Positions 18,111 to 27,396 of a stretch of DNA of 64,000 bases are shown piece by piece. The translations under genes and the position numbers were made by a program. The notes under the pieces were generated by a model that did not search any database, was not told the DNA's origin, and saw nothing but the letters and a program-made list of their open reading frames with translations. The first letter of the stretch is position 1; each line of letters starts with the position of its first letter. This DNA is from Thermoproteota archaeon. GTDB lineage: Archaea > Korarchaeota > Korarchaeia > Korarchaeales > Korarchaeaceae. The stretch spans positions 1 to 64,000 of the forward strand of contig JAOZFN010000017.1 in NCBI GenBank assembly GCA_027492205.1, read 5' to 3'.

Positions 18111-19274
18111 GTGTTCCACTCGAGGGCGGCCGTGGTAGGACTGGGGTCCGTTGGCCGGGCGGCGGCGTGGGACCTCTACGAGCGGGTGTCTGGAAGGGAC
18201 CTCCTTCTGGTGGACAGGGACGAGACCGCCCTCAGGGAGGTCTCGACCAGGCTGAGGGGGAGCCGGGCGGTTAAAGTAGACGCCTCCGATGTGGACGCGC
18301 TTGCGAGGACGCTCAGGGATGTGGACGTGGCCGTCGGGTCTCTACCGGGGAGGCTCGGGAGGAACGTCTGGCTGTCGGCCATCAAAGCCGGTGTCGACCT
18401 CGTGGATGTCTCCTACTCTCCGGATGACCCCCTCTCCCTCAATATCCAGGCCAGAGAGGCCGGGGTCACGATAGTGCCGGACGCCGGAGTGGCTCCAGGC
18501 CTCAGCAACATGCTGGCGGGGAGGGCCTACGCCAGGCTCGAGGGGAGGGTCGAGGAGCTGGTGATATACGTCGGCGCCGTACCCGAGGAGCCGACGACCC
18601 CGCTGGGGTACGTGGTCACGTGGAGCCCAGAGGATCTCATTGAAGAGTACACCAGGCCCGCTCGGGTGATAAGGGACGGGAGGCTGACTTCCCTGCCGGC
18701 CCTCTCCGAGGTCGAGGAGGTGGACCTGGAGGGGGTGGGGAGGATGGAGGCGTTCCTCACCGACGGCCTGCGGACGATGATCAAGACCCTTAGGGGCGTC
18801 AGGAGGATGGAGGAAAAGACCCTCCGGTGGCCCGGGCACGCGGAGAGGATCGCCGTGCTGAGAGACCTCGGCTTCTTCGACTCCGCCCCCCTAGAGGTGG
18901 ACGGAACAGGCGTGATCCCGGCGTCTGTCACGGCGGAGCTGTTCAGGAGGCGGCTCTCAGGTGACCCCAGAGACATGGTCGTCCTGCTCGTGAGGGCCAG
19001 AGGGATGACGCCGGAGGGCAGGGTGGAGGTGGAGTACGGGGTCGTCGACAGGTACGACGACTCAAGCGGCCTCACGGCCACGGCCAGGACCACCGCTTTC
19101 ACCGCAACCGCGGTCGCGGAGCTGCTGGCCGAGGGGATGGCGCCGGGGCCTGGGGTGGTGCCTCCAGAGGCCATCGGGATGGAGGAGTCCCTCATGAGCC
19201 ACGTGGCCCAGTGGCTGGCCAGGCGTGGCATCGTGATCCATGAGAGGGTGACAACCGAGGGGCGGCTGGGATAG
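18111..19274 (+). CDS. Saccharopine dehydrogenase family / L-lysine 6-dehydrogenase-like oxidoreductase
   Basis: GLGSVG Rossmann motif, DAGVAPGLSN, TWSPEDLIEEYTRPA, EAFLTDGLRT, EKTLRWPGH. Confidence 0.85.
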   Translation: MFHSRAAVVGLGSVGRAAAWDLYERVSGRDLLLVDRDETALREVSTRLRGSRAVKVDASDVDALARTLRDVDVAVGSLPGRLGRNVWLSAIKAGVDLVDVSYSPDDPLSLNIQAREAGVTIVPDAGVAPGLSNMLAGRAYARLEGRVEELVIYVGAVPEEPTTPLGYVVTWSPEDLIEEYTRPARVIRDGRLTSLPALSEVEEVDLEGVGRMEAFLTDGLRTMIKTLRGVRRMEEKTLRWPGHAERIAVLRDLGFFDSAPLEVDGTGVIPASVTAELFRRRLSGDPRDMVVLLVRARGMTPEGRVEVEYGVVDRYDDSSGLTATARTTAFTATAVAELLAEGMAPGPGVVPPEAIGMEESLMSHVAQWLARRGIVIHERVTTEGRLG

Positions 19275-19282
19275 TGGGGGGG

Positions 19283-20476
19283 TCAGCCCCCCGGAGAGAC
19301 CTCCTCCAGCGACCTGCCGGCCGTCTCAACCCCCAGCCCAGCCACCACGCCCGCTGAGATCAGCTGGGCGACTCCAAAGGTGAGGAAGGCCAGGGAGTAG
19401 CTTCCAGTCGCGTCCAAGATTGCGCCGACCAGGTACGGGCCGAGTATCCCGCCGAGCCTGCCGAAGGAGTTGGCGGCCCCCGACCCTAGCCCCCTGAGGC
19501 TCGTCGGGTAGAGCTCAGGTGTGTAGGCGTAGGTAATCCCCCAGGCGCCGAGGTTGAAGAACGACAGCACTATCGCCCCGGCCAGGGCCTGATTCGGCGT
19601 GGTCGCGAACCAGTAGAGAAGCGCCCCGAGGCCCGCGAGGCCCATGTAGAGTGAGAGGCTCAGCCTCCGGCCCAGGCGCTCGATAACCCAGGCCCCGCTC
19701 CAGTACCCGGGGATCTGGGCCAGAGTGATCAGGAAGGACCACTGGAGGGACTTGACGAGCGTCAGCCCCCTCTGGGCCACCAAGACCTTGGGGAACCAGA
19801 GGAAGACGCCCCAGTAGGCCATGACGATGACGAACCAGTGGATCCAGAGCATCAGGGTCCTGCGGAGGTACTCGCCCCTGAAGAGCGAGGATATCGGTGG
19901 CTTCTCGGGCTTGGCCGCCTCCTCCAGGAACATGGATGACTCTGGCACGATCTTGAGGAGAGGTATAGCCGCCAGCGGAGCGACTCCAGCGAGGAAGATC
20001 GGCCGCCACCCCTTCGAGGGCGCTATGACGAGTCCCAAGAGAGAGGCGAGCAGCCAGCCGTAGGCCCAGAACGACTCGAGTATCGCGACGTTCCTCCCCC
20101 TAACCTCCGTGGGCGAGAGCTCCGACAGCAGCGTGCTTGCGACGACCATGTATCCCGTGGCGCCCACGCCGGCGAGCAGCCTCATCAGGCCCATGGAGAC
20201 CCAGTTGGGGGCCAGCGCGCACGCCGCCGTCCCTATCGCGAGGAGCGTCAGCGAGGTCACGGCCGCGGGCTTTCGGCCGAGGGCGTCTGCGAGCTTGCCC
20301 AGCGCGAAGCCCCCGATGAGCATGCCCAGTAGGTAGAGGTTCAAGAGGAGGCCTATCTGCGTGCCTTTCAGGGCCCACTCCGAGGCTATGAGCGGGAGAG
20401 CAAAAGAGATCAGCCCGGAGTTGGACGCCACGAAGGCCCATCCAACGCCGAGTGCGAGCAGCTCCCTCCTGCCCAT
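19283..20476 (-). CDS. MFS transporter (NiaP/aromatic acid-like)
   Basis: GKLADALGRK, ELSPTEVRGR, YTPELYPTSLRG; about 12 TM helices. Confidence 0.9.
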   Translation of the reverse strand: MGRRELLALGVGWAFVASNSGLISFALPLIASEWALKGTQIGLLLNLYLLGMLIGGFALGKLADALGRKPAAVTSLTLLAIGTAACALAPNWVSMGLMRLLAGVGATGYMVVASTLLSELSPTEVRGRNVAILESFWAYGWLLASLLGLVIAPSKGWRPIFLAGVAPLAAIPLLKIVPESSMFLEEAAKPEKPPISSLFRGEYLRRTLMLWIHWFVIVMAYWGVFLWFPKVLVAQRGLTLVKSLQWSFLITLAQIPGYWSGAWVIERLGRRLSLSLYMGLAGLGALLYWFATTPNQALAGAIVLSFFNLGAWGITYAYTPELYPTSLRGLGSGAANSFGRLGGILGPYLVGAILDATGSYSLAFLTFGVAQLISAGVVAGLGVETAGRSLEEVSPGG

Positions 20477-20620
20477 AGTCGGTCGAGAAGCCTGCCGTGG
20501 GCCTCATGAAATTCTTTTCCACTACTTCGTCAGGGGCGATCTAAGGCGACTTCTCCGGATTCTGGCGCACCTCCGCACCAGACTCTGAGGGAGGGGCTGA
20601 GGGCGGCTGGCCAAGTTATG

Positions 20621-20641
20621 TTATCTCATTTGGGAATAACG
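20621..20641. promoter_or_regulatory. Candidate operator upstream of tupA
   Basis: TTATCTCATTTGGGAATAACG (GTTAT-N11-ATAAC symmetry), 16/21 identical to 29090-29110. Confidence 0.45.
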
Positions 20642-20694
20642 GTTTTATCTTATCGAAATTCATTCAGTGATAACGAGAAGAGGGGTGGCGGAGA

Positions 20695-21597
20695 GTGAAT
20701 TGGAGTCTTAAGACCGTCGCAGTGGTGATTGCAATCCTCCTGGTGGCTTCTCTATCCGGACTGATGTGGTTTCAGGGGAGATACAGAGGCACCCTCAGGG
20801 TGACCACCACCACGAGCCTCTACGCCACGGGCCTGTTGGACCTCCTGGCCGATGAGTTCCAGGAGACGTACCCCGGAGTGAGTGTTCAGTTCATCCCGGT
20901 GGGCAGCGGCGAGGCGCTGCGTAGAGCCTCCCTGGGAGATGCCGACGCGGTCACCGTCCACGCCCCATCCCTAGAGGCCCAGTACGTAGAGGAGGGCTAC
21001 CTGATCGATGGGAGGGTATTCGCGTACAACCACTTCATCATCGTGGGCCCGCCCGAGGACCCCGCCGAGATCTCGGGGGTCGACCCCGTCGAAGCCATGA
21101 GGAGGATCTACGAGGCCGGAGAGAGGGGGGTTGCCCTCTTCGTGTCTAGGGGAGACAACTCCGGGACCCACATTAGGGAGCTCTCGCTTTGGGAGGCTGC
21201 CGGTCTCGATCCGAGGGGGAAGCCCTGGTACATAGAGAGCGGCTCGGGAATGTCTCAGACTCTCATGCTGGCCAACGAGAAGAGGGCTTACACTCTCTCA
21301 GACATCGGAACGTACCTCAAGATGTCCGAAAGGCTGGCGGAACTCACCATACTTCTCGACCGGGGGGAGGAGCTCATCAACATCTACAGCGTGTACGTGG
21401 TGAACCCGGACAAGGTTCCCGGCGTGAACTCCAGGCTGGCGAGGGCGTTCGCCGACTTTTTGGTGTCAGACGAGGCGCAGGAACTCATAGAGAGCTACGG
21501 AGCGGAGAAGTTCGGCAGACCCCTCTTCTACCCGGCACGGGGCGACCCGACTGGGGAGCTCAGGGCGGCCTGGGAGAGGCTCGCGACCGGGGGATGA
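20695..21597 (+). CDS. tupA: Tungstate ABC transporter substrate-binding protein
   Basis: TTTS motif, VGSGEAL, HAP, FVSRGDNSGTH, YTLSDIGTY. Confidence 0.9.
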   Translation: MNWSLKTVAVVIAILLVASLSGLMWFQGRYRGTLRVTTTTSLYATGLLDLLADEFQETYPGVSVQFIPVGSGEALRRASLGDADAVTVHAPSLEAQYVEEGYLIDGRVFAYNHFIIVGPPEDPAEISGVDPVEAMRRIYEAGERGVALFVSRGDNSGTHIRELSLWEAAGLDPRGKPWYIESGSGMSQTLMLANEKRAYTLSDIGTYLKMSERLAELTILLDRGEELINIYSVYVVNPDKVPGVNSRLARAFADFLVSDEAQELIESYGAEKFGRPLFYPARGDPTGELRAAWERLATGG

Positions 21598-21690
21598 CGC
21601 CCCCTCCCTTTATTTCCTCCCACCCCTGAGGACGCCGAACGCGTGAGGTGAGCTGCCCTGAGTGGTCTGGCCGCCGAGGTCGCCCAGATC

Positions 21691-22308
21691 GTGGCCCGAT
21701 CGCTCGCGATATCCGGCTCGGCAACGCTGCTGGCCTCGACCTGGAGCATCCCGCTTGCCGTAAAGCTGGTGATCGGCGGAGACTCCAGGGCGAGTAGGCT
21801 AGCCCTGGACCTGCTAAACTCCCTCACCAGCGTGCCGACCGTGGTGATAGGGCTCGTCATGTACCTGATCCTCTCGCGATCAGGTCCGCTGGGATTTCTC
21901 AACCTACTCTACACGCCCGTCGCGATAGCGTTGGGCCAGGCCGTCCTGGTGACGCCCCTCATCACCTCCGCGGCCGCGGCCTCTCTCTCTGGCGTCCACG
22001 AGGTCGTCTGGGAGATGGCCATGGCCCTAGGGGCGACGGAGAGGCAGGCCGCGGGGGCCATGCTGAGGGAGGCCCTCCCCTCCATCCTCACCGTGGTGCT
22101 TCTCGGGTTCAACAGGGCGCTGGGCGAGCTGGGAATAGCCCTCATGCTGGGGGGCAACATCAGGGGATTCACCAGGGTGATGACGACGGCCATAGCGCTG
22201 GAGGTCTCCAGGGGAGAGTTCGAGCTAGCCCTCTCGCTGAGCGGCATCCTCCTCAGCCTGGCCATCGTGGTCAACGTGGCGATCAGGAGGATGGGGGAGA
22301 GGAGGTGA
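21691..22308 (+). CDS. tupB: Tungstate ABC transporter permease
   Basis: PTVVIGL...SRSGPLG...LLYTP...GGNIRGFTRVMTTAIALE; frame extends to a CTG at 21658. Confidence 0.9.
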   Translation: MARSLAISGSATLLASTWSIPLAVKLVIGGDSRASRLALDLLNSLTSVPTVVIGLVMYLILSRSGPLGFLNLLYTPVAIALGQAVLVTPLITSAAAASLSGVHEVVWEMAMALGATERQAAGAMLREALPSILTVVLLGFNRALGELGIALMLGGNIRGFTRVMTTAIALEVSRGEFELALSLSGILLSLAIVVNVAIRRMGERR

Positions 22309-22312
22309 TCGG

Positions 22313-22993
22313 TTGATCGAACTCCTCGACGTTCGGTACAGCTACCCTCGCGGGGCGGAGGCGCTGAGGGGGGTGGCCCTCACGATCCGGGAGGGAATCA
22401 CCTCCCTGGTGGGACCCAACGGCTCCGGGAAAACCACCATCCTGAAGATCTCGGCTGGCCTCCTCCGCCCAGCGGCCGGGCAGGTCCTGGTGGACGGATC
22501 AGACCTGTGGAGCGCTGACCCAGAGGAGAGGCTCCGGCTGAGGAGATCTGTTGTTTACGTCCACGAGTCTCCGGTTGTGATGAGGGGCACCGTCGAGGAG
22601 AACGTTGCATTCGGGCTGAGGCTCAGGGGAGTGCCGGACGAGGAGGCGAGGGAGAGCGTGAGGGAGGCCATGGAGATGCTTGGCTTGTCCCAACTCGCGT
22701 CCGCAAGTGCGAGGGCCCTGTCCGCTGGCCAGAGGCAGCTGGTAGCCCTGGCCAGGGCGCTGGCGGTCTCCCCAAGGCACCTCCTGCTGGACGAGCCCAC
22801 GGCCAACCTTGACAGGGAGAACAGGAGGCGGGTCGCGCGGGTCCTGAGGACCCTGGCGAAGGAGGGTGTGAGCGTGGCTGTGGCCACCCACGACCGCCTC
22901 TTAGCCCTGGAGATATCGGATAGGGCCGTTCTAATTGAGGACGGGCTCGTGGCGGCGGAGGGTGAGCCGTCAGAAGTCCTCGAGGGACTCTAG
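22313..22993 (+). CDS. tupC: Tungstate ABC transporter ATP-binding protein
   Basis: GPNGSGKT, LSAGQRQ, LLLDEPTANLD; operonic with tupAB. Confidence 0.85.
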   Translation: MIELLDVRYSYPRGAEALRGVALTIREGITSLVGPNGSGKTTILKISAGLLRPAAGQVLVDGSDLWSADPEERLRLRRSVVYVHESPVVMRGTVEENVAFGLRLRGVPDEEARESVREAMEMLGLSQLASASARALSAGQRQLVALARALAVSPRHLLLDEPTANLDRENRRRVARVLRTLAKEGVSVAVATHDRLLALEISDRAVLIEDGLVAAEGEPSEVLEGL

Positions 22994-23025
22994 AGGCGCG
23001 CTGTGGGGAGGGGGTCCTACATCGG

Positions 23026-23748
23026 CTACCCCCCGTGGGCCCACAGGTCCCCCGCCAGCCTCTTAACCTCCTCGACCGGCAGGTTAAGCTGGCCGGCCGC
23101 CGTCTCCGGGGTCAGGCCGGGGTTCGTCTCGTACAGGGACTTCACCTCCTGCCTGACGTACTCCTCGTAGCTCACGGTGCCCTCCGCGCCCCAGTGGGAC
23201 TCGAACCTCTCCAGCAGCATCGAGGCGAGCGTGGGCGACTCTATAACGTAACCCTTCTTGGTGGGTTCCTCCTCGCCCTGCCCCCTCGGCTGTCCGATTA
23301 TCACCCTGCTCTCATCCACAACCATGTACCTGAGGTCGTAGACGGCCAGGCCTGCCCTGTACCTCACCTCGGCCCCGGCCCGACAAAGCAGGTGGCCCAC
23401 GTGGAGGTGGGCGGCGGACCTGGGGATGAGGTACCTGATCCTCACGCCCCTCTTCGAGGCCTCCCGGACCTTCTCGGCTATGGAGTTCAACACCTCCTCT
23501 TCCTCCTCGTCCCTGGGCGGCGTCCCGGTGATGACCGCGATCACGCTCTTCCTGGCGTCGCGGAGGGCGTCCTGAACGGCCGAGAAGTACTCCCTCCTGG
23601 TCAGCGCGGTTATGGCGAGGCTGAGCAGCTTCAGGAGTTCGTGCCTTCCGGCGTGCTCCCTCCTGCTCAGGTAGAGCAGTATCACGGTCGCGATGAGCAG
23701 GACGAACTCCACAGAGAGGAGGGCGAGTTCCAGAGACACCTGGGGCAT
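23026..23748 (-). CDS. Membrane-anchored TrmB/PLD-like-fold protein with C-terminal HTH-like segment
   Basis: N-terminal TM helix; ARKSV...RGVRIRYL...RYMVVDESRVIIG...LERFESHW; C-terminal PGLTPETAAGQLNLPVEEVK. Confidence 0.6.
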   Translation of the reverse strand: MPQVSLELALLSVEFVLLIATVILLYLSRREHAGRHELLKLLSLAITALTRREYFSAVQDALRDARKSVIAVITGTPPRDEEEEEVLNSIAEKVREASKRGVRIRYLIPRSAAHLHVGHLLCRAGAEVRYRAGLAVYDLRYMVVDESRVIIGQPRGQGEEEPTKKGYVIESPTLASMLLERFESHWGAEGTVSYEEYVRQEVKSLYETNPGLTPETAAGQLNLPVEEVKRLAGDLWAHGG

Positions 23749-23797
23749 TTGCCCGCCCCCTGCGGCCTTCCCGATTTATGCCTTGCCCTAGGAAAGA

Positions 23798-23846
23798 TTT
23801 ATAATCGAATAACTTCGGATAAATTCTAACAAACCGAAGTTATTCG
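23798..23846 (+). promoter_or_regulatory. TATA box followed by a perfect 13-bp inverted repeat (candidate operator)
   Basis: TTTATAA at 23798-23804; CGAATAACTTCGG at 23806-23818 and CCGAAGTTATTCG at 23834-23846. Confidence 0.7.
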
Positions 23847-23847
23847 G

Positions 23848-24618
23848 GTGATGTCGGGTATGGCCGGACCCTTCAGGAGCGGCCTTTACAGGGTCGGCGG
23901 AGTTCTCCTCCATCCCAGGCAGGCCTTTGAGGTAATGGCGCACGAGGACGTGTCAATAGGGCTTCCGCTGCTGCTCGCGGCCGGCATATCCTTCGCCGAG
24001 GGTGCCCTCTTCGTCGCAGCCGTCCTAAGGATCATTCCGCTCCCTCTCGCCCCCGTGATCTCCATAGCCAGCCCTCTCGTGGGCATAGGCGCGGCCGTCT
24101 CCAACGTCGTGCTGATGGTCATCGCGGCCCTGCTGATCCACCTGGACGCCCGGCTCCTCGGCGGAACGGGAGACGTCACCAGAGCCCTCAGCGTGGTGGC
24201 CTACTCGATCCTGCCCTCGGCCCTCCCCCTTGGGGCCTTCGCCCTGGCGGTGCTCGTCGGGGGGCTGGGGGCGATCGGGTGGCTCGCCCTCGGCGGCGCG
24301 CTCTGGCTCGTCGCGGCCGTCTGGGGGGTGGCCCTGCTGGTCATCGGGGTCTCTGTGTTCTACAACGTCGACGTGGGATCTGCGTTCCTCGCCGCACTGC
24401 TCATACCGCTGGTGGACCTGCTCGTGGTGATCTTCCTGGGGAAGTACGGGCTCGTCCTGCTGATGGCGGCCTACGCGCTGGCGTACTACTTCAGCAGGCA
24501 GTCGAGGGCGGGGGGAGCCGCGTGGGCCCCCGCACGGGAGCCGGTAGGTGCGGACGTGGGTGAGATCGCCCCCGAGGGGTTGGATGAGGAAAGGCCGGGG
24601 GAAGATGGAGGTGAGTAG
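23848..24618 (+). CDS. Yip1 family membrane protein
   Basis: VLLHPRQAF...IHLDARLLGGTG...VAYSILP; multiple TM helices. Confidence 0.8.
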   Translation: MMSGMAGPFRSGLYRVGGVLLHPRQAFEVMAHEDVSIGLPLLLAAGISFAEGALFVAAVLRIIPLPLAPVISIASPLVGIGAAVSNVVLMVIAALLIHLDARLLGGTGDVTRALSVVAYSILPSALPLGAFALAVLVGGLGAIGWLALGGALWLVAAVWGVALLVIGVSVFYNVDVGSAFLAALLIPLVDLLVVIFLGKYGLVLLMAAYALAYYFSRQSRAGGAAWAPAREPVGADVGEIAPEGLDEERPGEDGGE

Positions 24619-24620
24619 AA

Positions 24621-25322
24621 GTGAGGGTTGAGGAGGCGGTGGGTTTACTGATCGTCGGTTTGGTGATCTTCAGCGTCGGGGCCAGCCTGGCCGCGCCCGC
24701 CCTCGCCCCCAAGCCCACCCAGCAGGAGGTCGAAGAGCTGGGAGGCCTCCTGAGCCAGATCATGAAGGACTTTTTCGGACCTGCTAGGGTGTGCGGGGGG
24801 GCGTCCAGCGCCGGCGGGCAGTGGAGGATCGAGCTTGATCCCCGAGAGGCTCGAGAGATGCTCATTAGAGTCGGCGTCGGCAGCGTCGAGCTCAACCCGT
24901 CGGACTCAAGCGGGGGGGCTGTGGTCGTTGAGATGGAGGGGGTGAGGGAGTGGGCCCCTAGCGAGAACGTCATCTCCCTCTGCTTCGGGGAGGTGAGGGT
25001 CTACCTCCCCCCTGGCTTCGCCTTCGACAACCTGACGATCGAGGTCGGCACCGGAGAGGTTCGCGGCACGCTGCCCGTCTCCCCCGGTGGTTCGGCGGAG
25101 GTCGACCTGGGAACGGGAGAGGTTCTGCTCGACCTGGCCCCTCAGTCCCCGAGCGGCGTCGCGACGCTGAGCGTTGGGATGGGGTCCGCTGAGGCCTACG
25201 GGTTCGACTCCACCTCCGAGGGCCCCGGGGAGGTTAGGGCCACCCTGGGCTCTGGGATCGGCTTCACCCTTGAGGTTGACCTGGGGATGGGAGACGCGGA
25301 GGTCAGGGTGTCCAGGCCTTGA
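24621..25322 (+). CDS. Membrane-anchored beta-strand-repeat protein (DUF4097/toast-rack-like)
   Basis: N-terminal TM helix; repeated (V/L)G(V/T/M)G(S/E/D)(V/A) units. Confidence 0.6.
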   Translation: MRVEEAVGLLIVGLVIFSVGASLAAPALAPKPTQQEVEELGGLLSQIMKDFFGPARVCGGASSAGGQWRIELDPREAREMLIRVGVGSVELNPSDSSGGAVVVEMEGVREWAPSENVISLCFGEVRVYLPPGFAFDNLTIEVGTGEVRGTLPVSPGGSAEVDLGTGEVLLDLAPQSPSGVATLSVGMGSAEAYGFDSTSEGPGEVRATLGSGIGFTLEVDLGMGDAEVRVSRP

Positions 25323-25966
25323 GGATACCGTCAAACAGGCCCCTTGCAGCCCGGAGGGTCATGCAGGCGCTCTCGAGCGACGCCAAGCTCAGACTGCTCA
25401 GGGTGCTGGCGAGGGGTCCCGCCTCGCCAGCCTCAATGGCGAGGGAACTCGACATGGCGCTCAGCGTGGTTACGGAGCACCTGCGCGACCTGGAGGCCGC
25501 CGGCCTGGTGAGGACGGCGGGCTACGCCCGGGTCGGGCGCGGCAGGCCGGCCAAGCTCTACGCCCTCTCCAGCCCGAGGGTCGTGATAGAGGTCGACCTG
25601 CCCCTGTACGCTGAGGTCGGATCCGAGGACAGGGTGGCGAGCCTCGCCCTGGAGTACGTCAGGAGGAAGATGGAGGGACCCGGGCTGCCGGCCTCCCCCT
25701 CCGCGCTGGACATCGCGGAGACCCTGGGGATCGACGTCAAGCTGGCCTCCATAGTCCTAGGATACGTCAGACCCACGTCGGAGGATCTGATGGGCATCCT
25801 AGAGGGATCCGTCATGGACGTCCTTCGGGAGCGCGGAGGGGCCGACGTCGGGGAACTCTCCGACTCGCTCAACGTCGACAGGTACTGGATCGTGGCCGCC
25901 CTCAAGAGACTCTCTGAGAAGGGACTCATCGAGATCCGGCGGGGCATTGCCAGGCCGATCGTCTGA
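25319..25966 (+). CDS. ArsR-type winged-helix regulator with additional C-terminal HTH domains
   Basis: ALSSDAKLRLLRVL...MARELDM...EHLRDLEAAGLV...GRPAKLY; C-terminal ELSDSLNV...LKRLSEKGLI. Confidence 0.8.
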   Translation: MRIPSNRPLAARRVMQALSSDAKLRLLRVLARGPASPASMARELDMALSVVTEHLRDLEAAGLVRTAGYARVGRGRPAKLYALSSPRVVIEVDLPLYAEVGSEDRVASLALEYVRRKMEGPGLPASPSALDIAETLGIDVKLASIVLGYVRPTSEDLMGILEGSVMDVLRERGGADVGELSDSLNVDRYWIVAALKRLSEKGLIEIRRGIARPIV

Positions 25967-25999
25967 TCCCTCCTCCGCCGCGCCTTTTTTCACGCTCTC

Positions 26000-27082
26000 T
26001 CACAGGACTGGGCTCGGACCTCGGAGTTCCTCCGTCTTTGCGGCAAAGCGGAATCTGTCTGCCCTCCTCCAGGTGACGTCCCCCCTGTTCAGGAGGAGCT
26101 CGCTCACCGCTGTCCCCATCCACAGGAACCCGTCGATGACCCTGACTATCGGGGAGAACAGGGCCGCGGGGATCAAGTCGATCCTCCTCAGCCGGAGGGC
26201 CCCGTAGAGGGCCATCGCAAGCCACGAGACGACCTCTCCCAACACGAACGCCAGCGCGAGGGATTCCCTCCTGCGGGCGCCCGCGAGGTACACCGCGAGG
26301 AGGGGCGTGACGGTGCCCATCATGTTCTCGATCGAGAGATAGGCCATCTGGAACTTCATTCTCCTCGGCAAGGAGGAGAAGTGCTTTCTCACGTTCTGGA
26401 AGTACCCCGAGAACCACCTCCAGCTTTGCCTGACGTAGGAGCGTAGGTTGGGCGGGTCGCTGGTCACCGCCACCGCCCTCGGCTCGTAGACGACCCTGTG
26501 GCCGGCCTTCACGACCGTGAGGGTCTGGTCCATGTCCTCGGTGACCGTGTCTGGGCTGGGGTCGAACAGATCCCTCCTCACGGCCCCAACGCAGCCGGGG
26601 ATGACCATGACCGTTCCGAGGACCCCCATCCCCCTCTTGTAGACCTCCTGCCCCATTATGTACTGGAGCTCCCTGACCGAGGTCAGGAGGTTGTGCCTGC
26701 GGGAGACGACGATCCCGGAGACGGCCCCCACCCGGGGGTCGAGAAAGTGCGCGAGCAGGAGCTCAACGGCACGGGGGTGGAGCTCGGAGTCCGCGTCGGT
26801 GTAGACCACTACGTCCCCTTTGATGTGGGGGAGGGCCGCCCTGAGGGCCAGCGCCTTGTTGCCTGAGTTCTCGACCAGGGTCACCACCCCGATCCGGCCG
26901 CGGAACTCCTCGAGTATCCGGGGGGTCCCGTCCGTCGAGCCGTCGTCCACCACGATAACCCGATCGGGAGCCACCGTCTGCCGTAGAACGCTCTCCAGGC
27001 AGGCTCTAACCCCCTCCTCCTCGTTGTACGCCGGGATCACCACGGTGACGGAGAGGCGGAGGGGGGATGCCCCCCTCCCCAT
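26000..27082 (-). CDS. Processive family 2 glycosyltransferase (cellulose/PNAG synthase-like)
   Basis: IPAYNEE, VDDGSTD, DAD, TED and QSWRW motifs; C-terminal TM helices. Confidence 0.9.
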   Translation of the reverse strand: MGRGASPLRLSVTVVIPAYNEEEGVRACLESVLRQTVAPDRVIVVDDGSTDGTPRILEEFRGRIGVVTLVENSGNKALALRAALPHIKGDVVVYTDADSELHPRAVELLLAHFLDPRVGAVSGIVVSRRHNLLTSVRELQYIMGQEVYKRGMGVLGTVMVIPGCVGAVRRDLFDPSPDTVTEDMDQTLTVVKAGHRVVYEPRAVAVTSDPPNLRSYVRQSWRWFSGYFQNVRKHFSSLPRRMKFQMAYLSIENMMGTVTPLLAVYLAGARRRESLALAFVLGEVVSWLAMALYGALRLRRIDLIPAALFSPIVRVIDGFLWMGTAVSELLLNRGDVTWRRADRFRFAAKTEELRGPSPVL

Positions 27083-27083
27083 C

Positions 27084-27395
27084 TCAGTGAGCCCCCATCC
27101 GGTAGAACCCGTACCCGAAGGAGAGCGCCCCCAGGGACGTCAGGGCCACGTACGTGGACGCGACGCCCAGCGGCCAGATCGCCAGCCTCTCCAAGAGCAT
27201 CATGAGGGATAGGAAGAGCAGGAATATCCCTGCGGAGGTGAAGCCCGCCGCTATGGCGTACCTCCGCATCCGGGCCCTCCTGACCCTCTCTACCTCCTCC
27301 CAAGCCCTCTCGAGGGCCGACTTCAGCTCCTCGGGGGACCTCGGTCCGACCTCCTGGGGAGCCACACCGTACTCCAAACTCACGGACTCCTCCAT
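27084..27395 (-). CDS. Small two-TM membrane protein
   Basis: Coiled N-terminus plus two hydrophobic helices; 1-nt spacing to both neighbours. Confidence 0.6.
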   Translation of the reverse strand: MEESVSLEYGVAPQEVGPRSPEELKSALERAWEEVERVRRARMRRYAIAAGFTSAGIFLLFLSLMMLLERLAIWPLGVASTYVALTSLGALSFGYGFYRMGAH

Positions 27396-27396
27396 C

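Noticed and set aside
23809-23843. Engineered loxP/vector contamination or archaeal dif site
   Set aside because: The spacer is 9 bp and the arms deviate from loxP; the geometry differs from 11-6-11 dif sites; the context is a native promoter.
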